From the NCBI RefSeq assembly GCF_009914755.1, contig NC_060928.1: DNA of 64,000 nucleotides. One strand, written 5' to 3'. Source of the stretch: the human T2T-CHM13v2.0 reference genome, Homo sapiens. Under the pieces are notes generated by a model. That model had not been told where the DNA came from and ran no database searches. It saw only the letters and a program-made list of their open reading frames with translations. Both the position numbers and the translations under genes were made by a program. Of the stretch, positions 40,942-54,210 are shown in pieces (the first letter of the stretch is position 1; each line of letters opens with the position of its first letter).

Positions 40942-43911
40942 GTGGCAACTATAAGCAACTGTATGCCCAAATTGGAAAATCTAGAAGAAATGAACAAATT
41001 TCTAGACACATATAACCTACCTAGATTGAACCATGAATAAATCCAAAACCTGAACAGACCAATAACAAGTAACAAGATCAAAGCCATAATAAAAATTCTC
41101 CCAGTAAACAAAACCCTGGGACCCAAAGGCTTCACTGCTGAATTATACCATTTAAAGAAGAACTAATACCAATCCTACTCAAACTATTTTGAAAAATAGA
41201 AGAGAAGCAGATACATTCAAACTTATTCTACAAAGCCACTATTACCCTAATAACAAAACCAGACACAGACACATCAAAAAAAGAAAACTACTGGCCAATA
41301 TTTCTGATGACTTTTGATTCATAAGTCTTCAGCAAAGTACTGGCAAGCCAAATCCAGTGATACATTAAAAAGGTCATTTATCATGACCAAGTGAGATTTA
41401 TCCATGGGATGCAAGGATGGTTCAACATATGCAAATCAATCAGTGTGATACATCATATCAACAGAATGAAGGATAAAAACCATAAGATCATTTCAATTGA
41501 TGCTGAAAAAGCATTTGATAAAATTCAACATTTCTTCGTGTTAAAAACCCTCAAAAAACTGTGTATAAAGGAATTTACCTCAACATAATAAAAGTCATAA
41601 ATTACATACACATAGCTAGTATCATACTGAATGGGAAAAAATGAAAGCATTTACTTTAAGATCTGAAACATAACAAGGATGCTCACTTTCACCACTGTTA
41701 TCCAACATAGTACTGGAAGCCCTAGCTAGAACAATCAGACAACAGAAAGAAATAAAAGGCATCCAAATTGGAAAGGAAGAAGTCAAATAATCCCTGTTTG
41801 CTTGTATATTATCCTTGATGATATGATCTTATATTTGAAAAAAGCCTAAAGATGCCACCAAAAAATTTTTAGAACTGATAAATTCAGTAAAGTGGCAGGA
41901 TGCAAAATCAATGTACAAAATTTAGTTGTGTTTCTATATGCCAACAGGGATCAATCTGAAAAAAGATATAAAAAAGTAATACCATTTACAATAGCCACAA
42001 ATAAAATTAAATACCTGGAAATTAATTTAACCAAGGAAGTGAAAGCTTTCTATAATGAAAACTATACAACATGGATGAAAGAAATTGAAGAAGACACCAA
42101 ATAAATGGAAATACACTCTATGTTCATGGATTGGAAGAATTAATACTGTTAAAATGTCTATACTACCCAAAGCAATATACAGATTCAATGTAATCTCTAT
42201 CAAAATACCAATGATATTTTTCACAGAAATAGAAAAAATATGCTAAAATATATATGGAACCCCAGAAGACCCAGAATAGCCAAATCTATCCTAAGCCAAA
42301 AGAACACAAATGGAGGAATCACATTACCTGACTTCAAATTATACTACAGAGCTATAGTAATCAAAACGGCATGACACTGTCATAAAAACAGACATCAAGA
42401 CCAATGGAACAAAATAGAGAACCAAGAAACAAATCCATGAACCTACAGTGAACTCAAGAACAAAGGTGCCAAGAACATATACTGGGGAAAAGATAGTCTT
42501 TTCAATAAATATTGTGGGAAAATTGGATATCCATATGCAGAAGAATGAAACTTAATCCCTATCTCTAGCATTATACAAAAATAAAATACAAATGGATTAA
42601 AGACTTAAATCTAAGACCTCAAACTATGAAACTACTCCAAGAAAACACTGGTGAAACTCTCCAGGATATTGGTGTGGGCAAAGATTTCTTCAGTAATACC
42701 CCACAAGCACAGACAACCAAAGCAAAAATGGACAAATGAGATCACATAAAGTTGAAAAGCTTCTGCAAAGCAAAGGAAACAATAAACAAAGTGAAGAGAC
42801 AACCCACTTTATCAGAGAGAATATTTGCAAACTGCTAATCTGACAAAGTATTAATAACTAGAATATATAAGAAGCTAAAACAAACTCTGTAGGAAAAAAA
42901 TAACAATCCAATTTTAAAATAAGCAAAAGGTTTGAATAGACATTTCTCAATAGAAGGCACAGATGGCAGACAGATGAAAAGGTGCTCAACATCACAGATC
43001 ATCAGAGAAATGCAAAACAAAATGACAGTGAGATATCATCTCACCCTAGTTCAAATGGCTTATATCCAAAAGACAGGCAATAACAAACGGTAGAGAAGAT
43101 GTGGAGAAAAGGGAATCCTCATTTACTGTTGGTGGAAATGTAAATTAGTACAACCACTATGGAGAACAGTTTGGAGGTCCTGTGAAAAACTAAAAATAGA
43201 GCTGTCATATGCTCCAGCAATTCCACTGCTGGGTATATACCCCAAAGAAAGAAAATCAGTATATCAAAGAGGCATCTGTACTCCCATGTCTTTTGCAGCA
43301 CTGTTCACAATAGCCAAGATTTAGAAGCAACCCAAGCATCCATCAACAGATGAATGGATAAAGAAAATATGGTACTTATACACAATGGGATACTATTTGA
43401 CCATAAAAAACAATGAGATTCAGCCATTTGTAACAACATGAATGGAACTGGAGGTCATTATGTTAAATAAAATAAGCCAGGCACAGAAAGACAAACATCT
43501 CATATTCTCATTTATCTGTAGGATCTAAAAATCAAGACAATTTAACCTATGGAGATAAGAGTGCAGAAGAATGGTTACCAGAGGCTGGGAAGGATAGTGG
43601 GAAAGTCGAGGGAGGTGAGAATGGTTAATGGGTACAAAAAAAATTAGAAAGAATGACTAAGACCTAGTATTTGATAGCACAACAGGGTGAGTGTAGTCAA
43701 AAATAATCTAATTGTCCATTTTAAAATAACTAAAAGGGTATAATTGAATTGCTTGTAGCACAAAGGCTTTTTTCCCTTGAGGGGATGGATACCCCATTTT
43801 ACATGATATGATTGTTATGCATTACATGCCGGTGTACAAACATTACGTGTACCTCATATATACACTTCCTATGTACCCACAAAAACTAAAATATAAAAAC
43901 ATTTTTGACCA
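40942..43911 (+). mobile_element. 5'-truncated L1 (L1MA-like): ORF2 RT to 3' UTR, disrupted
   Basis: ORF2 peptides ([40 protein letters not shown]); 3' UTR ending TATGTACCCACAAAAACT; about 21-bp TSD ACAAATATCC(C/A)TG(G/A)ACA(A/C)TTA at 40921-40941 and 43912-43932. Confidence 0.93.
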
Positions 43912-44232
43912 ACAAATATCCATGAACACTTATAGAAATGTGAATTAGAAAGCTGTATCTTTCTGGAAAATACTCCTAACATTATGACGTATTTAAATAA
44001 ACAAAAAGTGAATAAATAAAAAGGGTCACTTAGTAGCTAGAAGGTATAGCCAAACTAAAAATTTAATCAAACAAATTTAAAAACCAGAAATTCTGTGTTG
44101 ATGGTTATGGCAGTAACATTGCTTTTGAGTCTCTCTGAATCTATCCATAAAAATAGATGCAATGACTAGGATAGTAAAATGAAACAACCACATAACCATT
44201 TGCCCAAAAAAATTTACAAAGGAATGAATGTA

Positions 44233-44409
44233 AGTTGCACAGATAAAATGTAAGAAAGACATCTAGTTCAACTTGAATTTTTTAGCTTAAATGTGCCCCA
44301 AATATTATGAGACATACTTATATTAAATATGTACTTATATTGTTCACCTAAAGTTAAAATTCAACTAAGAATCCTGAATTTCTATTTGCTAAATCTAGCA
44401 ACAAACCCT
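44233..44409. mobile_element. MER53-like palindromic hAT MITE
   Basis: GTTGCACAGATAAAAT...AATATTATGAGACATACTTATA...ATTTGCTAAATCTAGCAAC...CCCTA. Confidence 0.6.
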
Positions 44410-45860
44410 ATAGCAGTACAACTTGTGTAGTATCAACATTTTTGTTAGGGGCAGTAAAGAGATATTTCACAGATGTAAGGAAGGAAAAACCCAGAGTCCC
44501 AATAGGTACTTTCTGGAAAGAGCAGCAAGCCACAGAACAACTGAAACTGAGCAGGTTTTCTACATTCTCCATGTTGGTGTGAGTTCAGAGTCCCGCCATG
44601 AGGTCTAAAAGAGCTGGAGTAGGCTGAGCCTACTAACCCACTGTAGGCCTGTGCAGGATGAAAGAGAACCCTCTTGGAATAGAATGCAAATTAGCAGAAC
44701 AGGGGCAATAGATACAAATAAAAAGGAAGAGCCAGAACATTAGGAAGAGCCAGAAGCGAGGATATCTCTAGGTCATATTAACGTTTCACCAAGACAAGAG
44801 GGATCACTAATGCTTGGAAGGTAGAAAAGTTATCCTATTCATTTCTCCTTTTTAAATGTCTATTATTTGAGGACTGTTAGAATAAACAATAGTATATCCA
44901 CACAATAGATTATGATGTGGCTGTACAGAAGAACAAAAAAAATCTCCCTATCAACAATTGTGGGAAGATCTCCAAGATATACCGTTGCATGTAAAAAGTA
45001 TGTATATATACTAAAAAACCAAATTAAGAAATATATTCTGTCTTGAAATAAAATTTAGAAGTTACACTAGAAGTAGATTATATAAATTATAGAATAAAAG
45101 CCAATGTCGAGGAAACATTTTTTGCTTGACTTTTGACTCTATCTTATTCTAGTAATAAAATAGAGCCAGTACATTCAAGTAGAACTATTTAGTTCTGCAA
45201 GCTTTTGCATATAAAAAAGAAGCTGCATAGTAATGATAAATTAATAAGGGCTTTGAATCTAAGAATAATGTTGAATTTGACAAGGTTCACAGAGAAGTGA
45301 GATGAAAAGGGAGCATAAGTTCAAATTTCAGCAGTATCTACAATTTTTCTTCAGAGTTATTCTTAACAGACAAGAATACTATAAATAATGCCAAATTATA
45401 TTTTAAAAGGCAAACAAGTATTAAAAACTGAATGGAATATACAATAATGGACTTTTTCTCAGGATTTTAAATTGATGATTTCAGTCTATGAGAAGTAAAT
45501 TTTAAAATAAAAAGCCAGCAACAATAAGGAACAATATGAAAATAATATGCTGGTAACGTGTGTTTCACAAATGCTGTTATATGTCACATTAATTTTCCTA
45601 CTGATGTGATAAAAGTCTTTAGAAAACTCCTATTTGGTTTAGGTATACATTTTTATATTCCTCAACCAAGCCTATTGTACTACTTTCAAGGCTCAAGAAT
45701 ATTTGTTAAATTATTAAATGAATAATGATAATTATCAATGTAAACATTACCATATTAAATCTGACTTCACATAAGAAATGGTTTTATTTATACCTTACAA
45801 CTTTGTTGATAATGGTTATATTTGGTTGGTTGGGGCACTTTGATTGAGGTATTGTTGCTG

Positions 45861-45862
45861 TT

Positions 45863-45909
<47 letters not shown>

Positions 45910-46200
45910 TTTTTTGGAGACGGAGTCTCGCTCTGTCGCCCAGGCTGGAGGGCAGCAGCGATCTCCGCTCTCCGCTCACTACCAACTTCCGCCTCCCAGG
46001 TTCAAGGGATTCTCCTGCCTCAGCCACCAGAGTAGCTGGGACTACAGGCACACGCCGCCACGCCCGGCTAATTTTTTGTATTTTAGTGGAGATGGGGTTT
46101 CACCGTGTTGCCCAGGCTGGTCTGGGACTCCTGAGCTCAGGCAATCCGTCTGCCTTGGCCTCCCAAAGTGCTGGGATTACAGGCGTGAGCTACTGCACCC
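45861..46200 (-). mobile_element. AluS with long (TAAA)n tail
   Basis: Reverse dimer; TSD TTGTTGCTG at 45852-45860 and 46201-46209; small CTCCG duplication near 45965. Confidence 0.95.
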
Positions 46201-47049
46201 TTGTTGCTGGATTTTAACCCTCAAGAACTGAGTTGACTTACTTCTCAGTTTATAGCATAACATCAACAGATTGCGCTCTGCATATTTAAAATGCATTACT
46301 ATTTACTTGTCTCTCCTCTTTACCTTCCATCCCAGTTCACCCCACCCCTTACATGCCACAATTTGTATTTAATGCGTGGCCTTTAGATTAATTTCTATAC
46401 ATTTACTTGCCTCTATATATGTATTTTTAACATTATATAAATGGCATCATGCTGTAAATTATGTACTATTTCTTATTTTTCTCATTTAATATTGTTATTT
46501 ACATCTATTGTTTGTTCCTATATGTAAATCTATGGTTTTTCTTCTGATTACTCTTCTGTGATATGCACAGCTAGCTACATTGTTATTTACCTGTTCTTGT
46601 ATGATAAATATATATGTTACCACCAATTTTTTTAACTCTTTAACCATCAAAATAAACATCTTCATAAATATCTCAGTGTACCTGAAGGAGTGTCTCTGGG
46701 TATATATGTCCCAGAGTGAATAGGTACTTACGCAATTTTACTAAAATGCTGCCAATTTACTCTCTAAAATAGCTTCACCAACTTACACTCTCAAAAATAG
46801 ACTACAAGATCTCCATTTTCTATCACATTTAGTAGCCACAGATTTATCCAATGTTCTCACTTTTGCCAATTATATGCATATAAAGTGCCATCTACATGTT
46901 TTTATTTACATTTTTATTATGAATTAATGTGAGAATATTGTCAATATTAACTACTTAGAATTTCCTTTTTTAACTTGTTTATTTAAAATCTTTACCCATT
47001 ATTTTATATTGAGATTCTCTTATAATCTAAATCATTAGACTTTTTCCAG

Positions 47050-48325
47050 TTAAGGACGGTGCGAATAGTCCAAAGACTAAGGAATTACTCAAAAAATAAT
47101 TTAGGTATGTCAATGGGGCACAGGAGCCATCCTAGAGAGCTTTCAGTAGCCCAGAGTACAAAATAAATATTGACAAGTACATACTGATTTAAATAAATGA
47201 TTGAAATATAGATGAATGGGGGAAATAGGCAAGTCTGTGCACAAGAATTCCAAATTATTTATGCAGTTACTGCCCCACTGAGGAGGTGGAGTATAATATC
47301 TCTCCACCTTTACGTTTGGACTGCTCATAGTTGACTTTCTTCCAAGTACAGGGTGGAAAAGTGTGTTGGCCCAGTAGAAAGAGGAGGAAGAGTGACATTA
47401 CAGTGGATAAATCTGATAAATACCATATCGTTAGGTAATTTAGGTTAGAATCAAGAGTTACAATTTACAAAGTGATATGTACCTTTGATACGATGTGATG
47501 AAAATGGCACTTTGCTCTTGTGGTCTTACCCTTTAAAATCCCTAACCCCATCTAATCACAAGAAAAACATCAGCCAAGTCTATACTGAGGGATATTCTAC
47601 AAAACAACTGGTGGGTACTCCCCAAAATGGATCAGGTCATCAAAAAGAAGGAAGGTCTGACAAACGATCACAGTCTCCAAGATCCTATGGAGACGTTGCT
47701 ATGGTCTGAATGTGTACCTCCAAAATTTACATATTGAAACTTAATCACCAGCGTGATAGTATTAAGAGGTGGGGCCTTAGCAAGGTGATTAAGTCAGGAG
47801 AGAGCTGCCCTTATGAATGAGATTAGCACCTTTATAAAAGAGGTGCCAGAGAGCTGTTTATCATTTCCACCACATGAAGTTGAAGCAAGAGGTGCCATCT
47901 TGGAAGCAGAGAGCATCTCTCATGAGACACTGCATCTGCTGGCACCTTCACCTTGGACTTCCTAGCTTCAGGAGCTGTGAGAAAATTAATTTTTGTTTTC
48001 ATAAATCACCCAATCTCAAGTATTTGGTTATAGTAGCACAAAATGACTAAGATAGAAATGATGACTAAATGTAAAGTACTATCCTGGATGGGATTCTGGA
48101 ACAGAAAAAGGACAGTAGACAAAAACTAAGGAAATTTGAGTCAAGTGTAGATTTTAGTTAATAATAAATGTATCAGTATAGATAACATAGTTGTGACAAA
48201 TGAACATAAAAATGTAAGATGTTAATAATTGGGGGACTGGCTGCAGGGAATATAGAAACTCTCTGTACTACTTTTGCAACTTTTTAGTCAATATAAAACT
48301 ATTCTAAAAGTAAGTGTTTATTTTT
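47050..48325 (+). mobile_element. L1MC-like 3' end split by an MST LTR
   Basis: GATGTGATGAAAATGGCACTTT, CCTGGATGGGATTCTGGAACAGAAAAAGGAC, GAAACTCTCTGTACTA. Confidence 0.7.
47697..48054 (+). mobile_element. MST-type MaLR solo LTR
   Basis: TGCTATGGTCTGAATGT...AGAGGTGGGGCCTT...GACTAAGATA. Confidence 0.85.
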
Positions 48326-48539
48326 TAATGCTGCTAATGTTTTCTCCTAGCCTGTCAACTGTCCATTAATTTTGTCCATTGTGACTTTATTGAACAGAAA
48401 TTTAGACATGATTGTCTTTGACAAGGGTGATAGTAGTGGAGGTGAAGTGAAGTGGGCAGGTTTGGAAAGTATTGTAGGGTGTGTTAAATTAGATGTAGAA
48501 AGGGAAGGGCAAAAGAAAAGACATTTGGAATGAATTATA

Positions 48540-51500
48540 AATTTTTTACTTCAGATATATAGTAATTACTTTCTGGAATCTTCATAATCTTTATTGTGAT
48601 TGTAAATGGTATCCTATTTTCTATTTCAATTACTAAATGTTTATTGCTGTTGCAAATAAGTTCTATTGATTTTGCATATTGATCTTGTTGCAATGTCTTA
48701 ATCATTCTAATAGTTTGTTGATTATATGGGACTTTCTTTATAAATGATAATGTATTACAAATACTGAACATTTATCTTCTTCTTTTTATTTACATACATG
48801 CAATTTATTTTGTATCTAATTAGACAACTCCCAGGACTATTTTAAAAAGTAGAAGAATGTTAGAGTTTTTGCCTAATTTCTATTAGTAAAAGGAAACTTT
48901 CAAAAATTCTTCATTAATGATAACATTTGATGTTGGCCTATGTTTGTTAATTTGTTTTGCTTTATTTTGCCAATATGGATGACTGGCAATAGGGGTGATG
49001 AAAGACAGCTTTTATATGATAAAGGAAATTTCCTTTATTCCTGTTTTTTTATGAACATTTAAAAAATCTCAAATAAACACTAAACATTATCATCAAAAGC
49101 TTTGTCTGTATATATTGAAATGATCATGATAGGAAAGATGGCTGAATAGGAACAGCTCCTGTCTGCAGCTCCCAGAGAGATCAATGCAGAAGGCAGGTGA
49201 TTTCTGCATTTCCAACTGAGGTATCTGGCTCATCTCATTGGGACTGGTTAGACAGTGGGTGCAGCCCACGGAGGGCAAGCAGAAGCAGGGTGGAGTGTTG
49301 CCTCATCTGGGAAGTGCAAAGGGTCAAGGAACTCGCTCACCCAACCAAGGGAAGCCGTGAGGGACTGTGCCCTGAGGAACAGTGCATTCCAGCCCAGATA
49401 CCATGCTTTTCCCATGGTCTTCGCAACCTGCAGACCAGGAGATTCCCTCGGCACCTATGCCACCAGGGCCCTGGGTTTCAAGCACAAAACTGGGCGGCTG
49501 TTTGGGCAGATACCGAGCTAGCTACAGGAGTTTTTTTCCATACCCTAGTGGCGCCTGGAATGCCAGTGAGACAGAACCGTACACTGCCCTGGAGAGGGGG
49601 TTGAAGCCAAGAAGCCAAGTGGTCTAGCTCAGTGGATCCCACCCCCACGGAGCCCATCAAGCTAAGATCCACTGGCTTGAAATTCTTGCTGCCAGAACAG
49701 CCATCTGAAGTTGACCTGGGATGCTGCAGCTTGGTGGAGGGAGGGGCGTCCACCATTACTGAGGCTTGGGTAGGCAGTTTTCCCCTCACAGCATAAAGAA
49801 AGCCTCTGGGAAGTTCAAACTGGGCTGAGCCCACTGGAGCTTGGCAAAGGCACTGTAGCCAGACTGCCTCACTAGGTTCCCCTTCTCTGGGCAGGGCATC
49901 TCTGAAAGAAAGGCAGTAGCTCCAGTCAGGGGCTTAAACATAAAACTCCTATCTCCCTGGGACAGAGCACCTGGGGGAAGGGGTGGCTGTGGGTGCAGCT
50001 TCAGCAGATTTAAACGTTCCTGCCTACCAGCTCTGAAGAGAGCAGCAGATCTCCCAGCACAGCAATTGAGCTCTGCTAAGGGACAGACTGCCTCCTCAAG
50101 TGGGTCCCTGACCCCCATGCCTCCTGACGGGGAGACACCTCCCAGCAGGTTTGACAGACATCTCATACAGGAGAGCTCTGGCTGGCATCTGGCAGGTGCC
50201 CCTCTGGGACGAAGTTTCCAGAGGAAGGAACAAGTAGTAATCTTTGCTGTTCTTCAGCCTCCGCTGGTAATACCCAGGCAAACAGGGTCTGGAGTGGACC
50301 ACCAGCAAACTCCAGCAGACCTGCAGCAGAGGAGCCTGACTGTTAGAAGGAAAACTAACAAACAGAAAGGAATAACTTCAACATCAACAAAAAGGACATC
50401 CACACCAAAATCCCATCTGAAGGTAACAAACATTAAAGACCAAAGGTAGATAAATCCACAAAAATGGGGAGAAACCAGTGCAAAAAGGCTGAAAATTGCA
50501 AAAAACAGCATGCCTCTTCTTTTTCAAAGTATCACAACTCCTTGCCAACAAGGGAACAAAACTGGATGGAGAATGAGTTTGACGAATTGACAGAAGTAGG
50601 CTTCAGAAGGTGGGTAATAAAGAACTCCTCTGAGCTAAAGGAGCATGTTCTAACCTAATGCAAGGAAGCTAAGAACCTTGAAAAAAGGTGAGATCAATTG
50701 CTAACTAGAATAACCAGTTTAGAGAAGAACATAAATGAATTGATGGAGCTAAAAAACACAGCACAAGAACTTCATGAAGCATACAAAAGTATCAATAGCC
50801 AAATTGATCAAGTGGAAGAAAGGATATCAGAGATTGAAGATCAACTTAATGAAATAAAGCATGAAGAGAAGATTAGAAAAAAAGAATGAAAAGGAATGAA
50901 CTAAGCCTCCAAGAAATATGGGACTATGTGAAAAGACCAAACCTACATTTGATTGGTGTACCTGAAAGTGACAGGGAGAATGGAACCAAGTTGGAAAATA
51001 CTCTTTAGGATATTATCCAGGAGAACTTTCCCAGCCTAGCAAGACATGCCAACATTCAAATTCAAGAAACACAGAGAACACCACAAACACGCTTCTCAAG
51101 AAGAACAACCCCAAGACATAATTCACTGTCAGATTCACTGAGGTTGAAATGAAGGAAAACTTTTAAGGGCAGCCAGAGAGAAATGTCGGGTTACCCACAA
51201 AGGGAAGCCCATCAGACTAACAGCGGATCTCTCTGCAGAAACCCTACAAGCTAGAAGAGAGTGGGGGCCAATATTCAACATTCTTAAAGAGAAGGATTTT
51301 CAACCTAGAATTTTATATCCAGACAAACTAACCTTCATAAGCAAAGGAGAAATAAAATCCTTTACAGACAAGCAAATGCTGAGAGATTTTGTCACAACCA
51401 GGCCTGTCTTACAAGAGCTCCTGAAGGAAGCACTAGACATAGAAAGGAACAACCGGTACCAGCAACTGCAAAAACATACCAAATTGTAAATACCGTCAAC

Positions 51501-53370
51501 ACTATGAAGAAACTGCATCAACTAACGGGCAAAATAACCAGCTACCATCATAATGACAGGATACAATTCACACTTAACAATATTAATCTTAAATGTAAAT
51601 GGGCCCTGTTTAAAAGACTTTAAATTAAAATTAAAAGACACAGACTGGCAAATTGGAGACTGGCAAATTGTCTTTAAATTAAAAGACACAGACTGGCAAA
51701 TTGGATAAAGAGTCAAGACCCATTGGTGTGCTGGATTCAGGAGACTCATCTCATGTCAAAAGACACACATAGGCTCAAATTAAAGGGATGGAGGAATATT
51801 TACCAAGCAAATGGAAAGCAGGAAAAAAAAAAAGCAGTGGTTGCAATCCTAGTCTCTGATAAAACAGACTTTAAACCAACAAAGATCAAAAGAGACAAAG
51901 AAGGGCATTACATAATGGTAAAGGGATTAATGCAACAAGGAGAGCTAACTATCCTAAATATATATGCAACCAATACAGAAGCACCCAGATTCATGAAGCA
52001 AGTTCTTAGAGACCTGCAAAGAGACTTAGATTCCCACACAATAACGGCGGGAGATTTTAACACCAGCCAAAATTGACAAAAGTCAAAATTGCCAAATGAG
52101 ATCTAATTAAACTAAAGAGCTTCTGCACAACAAAAAAAACTATCATCAGAGTGAACAGGCAACCTACAGAATGGGAGAAAATTTTTGCAATCTATTCATC
52201 TGACAAAGGGCTAATATCCAGAATCTACAAAGAACTTAAACAAATTTACAAGAAAAAAACAACCCCATCAAAAAGTGGGTGAAGGATTTGAACAGACAAT
52301 TCTCAAAAGAAGACATTCATGCAGCCAACAAACATATGAAAAAAAGCTTATCATCACTGGTCATTAGAGAAATGCAAATGAAACCACAATGAGATGTCAT
52401 CTCATGCCAGTTAGAATGGCAATCATTAAAATGTCAGGAAACAACAGATGCTGGAGAGGATGTGGAGAAATACTAATGTTTTTAAACCATTGGTGGGAGT
52501 GTAAATTAGTTCAGCCATTGTGGAAGACAGTGTGGCGATTCCTCAAGGATCTAGAACCAGAAATACTATTTGACCCAGCAATCCCCTTACTGGGCATATA
52601 CCCAGAGGATTATAAATCATTCTACTATAAAGACACATAAGTTTATTGCAGCACTGTTCACAATAGCAAAGACTTGGAACCAACCCAAATGCCCATCAAT
52701 GATAGTCTGGATAAAGAAAATGTGGCACATACACACCATGGAATACTATGCTGCCATAAAAAAGGATGAGTTCATGTCCTTTGCAGGCACATGGATGAAG
52801 CTGGAAACTATCATTCTCAGCAAACTAACACAAGAACAGAAAAACAAACTCTGCATGTTCTCACTCATAAGTGGGATTTGAACAATGAAAACATGGACAC
52901 GGGGAGGGAAGCGTTACACACTGGGGCCTGTTTGGGGTGGGAGGCTAGGGGAGGATAGCATTAGGAGAAATACCTAATGTAAGTGACAGGTTGATGGGTG
53001 CAGCAATCCACCATGGCACCAGTATACCTATGTAACAAACCTGCACATTCTGCACATGTATCCCAGAACTTAAAGTGTAATAAAAAATTTTTTTAAAAAA
53101 GAACACACACACAAAAAAAGAAATGATCACATGATATTTCCCCTACAGTCCATTAGTGTGATAAATTTTGTTACTACATTTTCTGAAGTTGATTGTCCTT
53201 GCATTCCTTAGATAAATCCTCTTTGATTCATGGTCTGTTTTTAAAAATATGCTGCTAAATTTTGTTGGCATATTAATATTTAGAAAATTTTAATATTTGA
53301 TAGAAAGAAATTGAGCATAGATTAAAATTTGATTTTCTTATGGGGTTTTCACTAGTTTTGATACTATGCT
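48540..53370 (-). mobile_element. Old reverse L1 fragment (48540-49126 and 53120-53370) split by the L1PA insertion
   Basis: TTGATTTTGCATATTGATCTTG on the left and CCTTGCATTCCTTAGATAAATCC on the right are colinear reverse ORF2 sequence. Confidence 0.65.
49127..53119 (+). mobile_element. L1PA (about L1PA7-like) with full 5' UTR, disrupted ORF1 (50464-51489), ORF2 from 51553 with a large internal deletion, 3' UTR and poly-A
   Basis: AAGATGGCTGAATAGGAACAGCTCC start; ORF1 MGRNQCKKAE; EN motif GDFNT joined at about 52064 to [14 protein letters not shown]-like sequence; TSD GAAATGATCA at 49117-49126 and 53120-53129. Confidence 0.95.
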
Positions 53371-53509
53371 GGATTTTTTTTTTAATTTTCCCTTTAAAAT
53401 TTATTCTCTATTCTTCTCCTTCCTGCTCTGTGTCATGAAAGGTACTGAATGGGTTCCCTCCACAGGTTCCTTTGCCCCTGGCTTTTGGTAAAGTTTAGTC
53501 AATGATCTA

Positions 53510-54210
53510 TTTTTTTTAACTTTTATTTTAGATTCCTGGGTACATAAGCAGGTTTTTTATATAGGTAAATAATGTGTTATGGGGATTTGTGTACAGATTA
53601 TTTCATCACCCAGGTAATTATAGTACCCCATAGGTAGTTTTTTAATCCTAAACCTCCTCTCACCTTCTCAAGGAGGCCCCAGTGTCTGTTCCCTTTTTTG
53701 TGACCATATGTACTCTATATTTAGCTACAACTTACGAGGGAAAATATGCAGTACTTGGATTTCTGTTCCTGTCTTAGTTTGCTTAGGATAATGGCCTCCA
53801 GCTCCATCCATGTGGCTGCAAAGAACATCATCTCATTCTTTTTTATGGCTGTGTAGTATTCCATGGTTTACATATACCACATTTTCTTTATACAGTCAAC
53901 CATTGATAGCCATTTAGGTTGATTTCATATCTTTGCTATTCCAAATAGTGTTGCAATGAATATACACATGCATGTGTCTTTACAGTAGAATGATTTGTAT
54001 TCCTTTGAGTATACACCTAATAATGAGATTGCTAAGTTGAATGGTAATTCTGTTTTCAGTTCTTTCAGGTATTCCCAAACTGCTTTCCACAATGGCTGAA
54101 ATAACATTCTCAGTGTATAAGCATTCCCTTTTCTCCACAGCCTTACTAACATCTGTTATTTTTTGACTTTTTAATAGCCATTCTGATGGTTTGAGATGGT
54201 ATCTATTTCT
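53510..54210 (-). mobile_element. L1PA/L1PB 3' end (reverse), apparently inserted in an LTR33-like element
   Basis: AACTTTTATTTTAGATTC...GGATAATGGCCTCCAGCTCCATCCATGT...TAATAGCCATTCTGA. Confidence 0.85.

Noticed and set aside
45822-46231. ORFs over Alu elements (also 18056-18256, 36191-36654)
   Set aside because: Standard Alu-derived translations, not genes.
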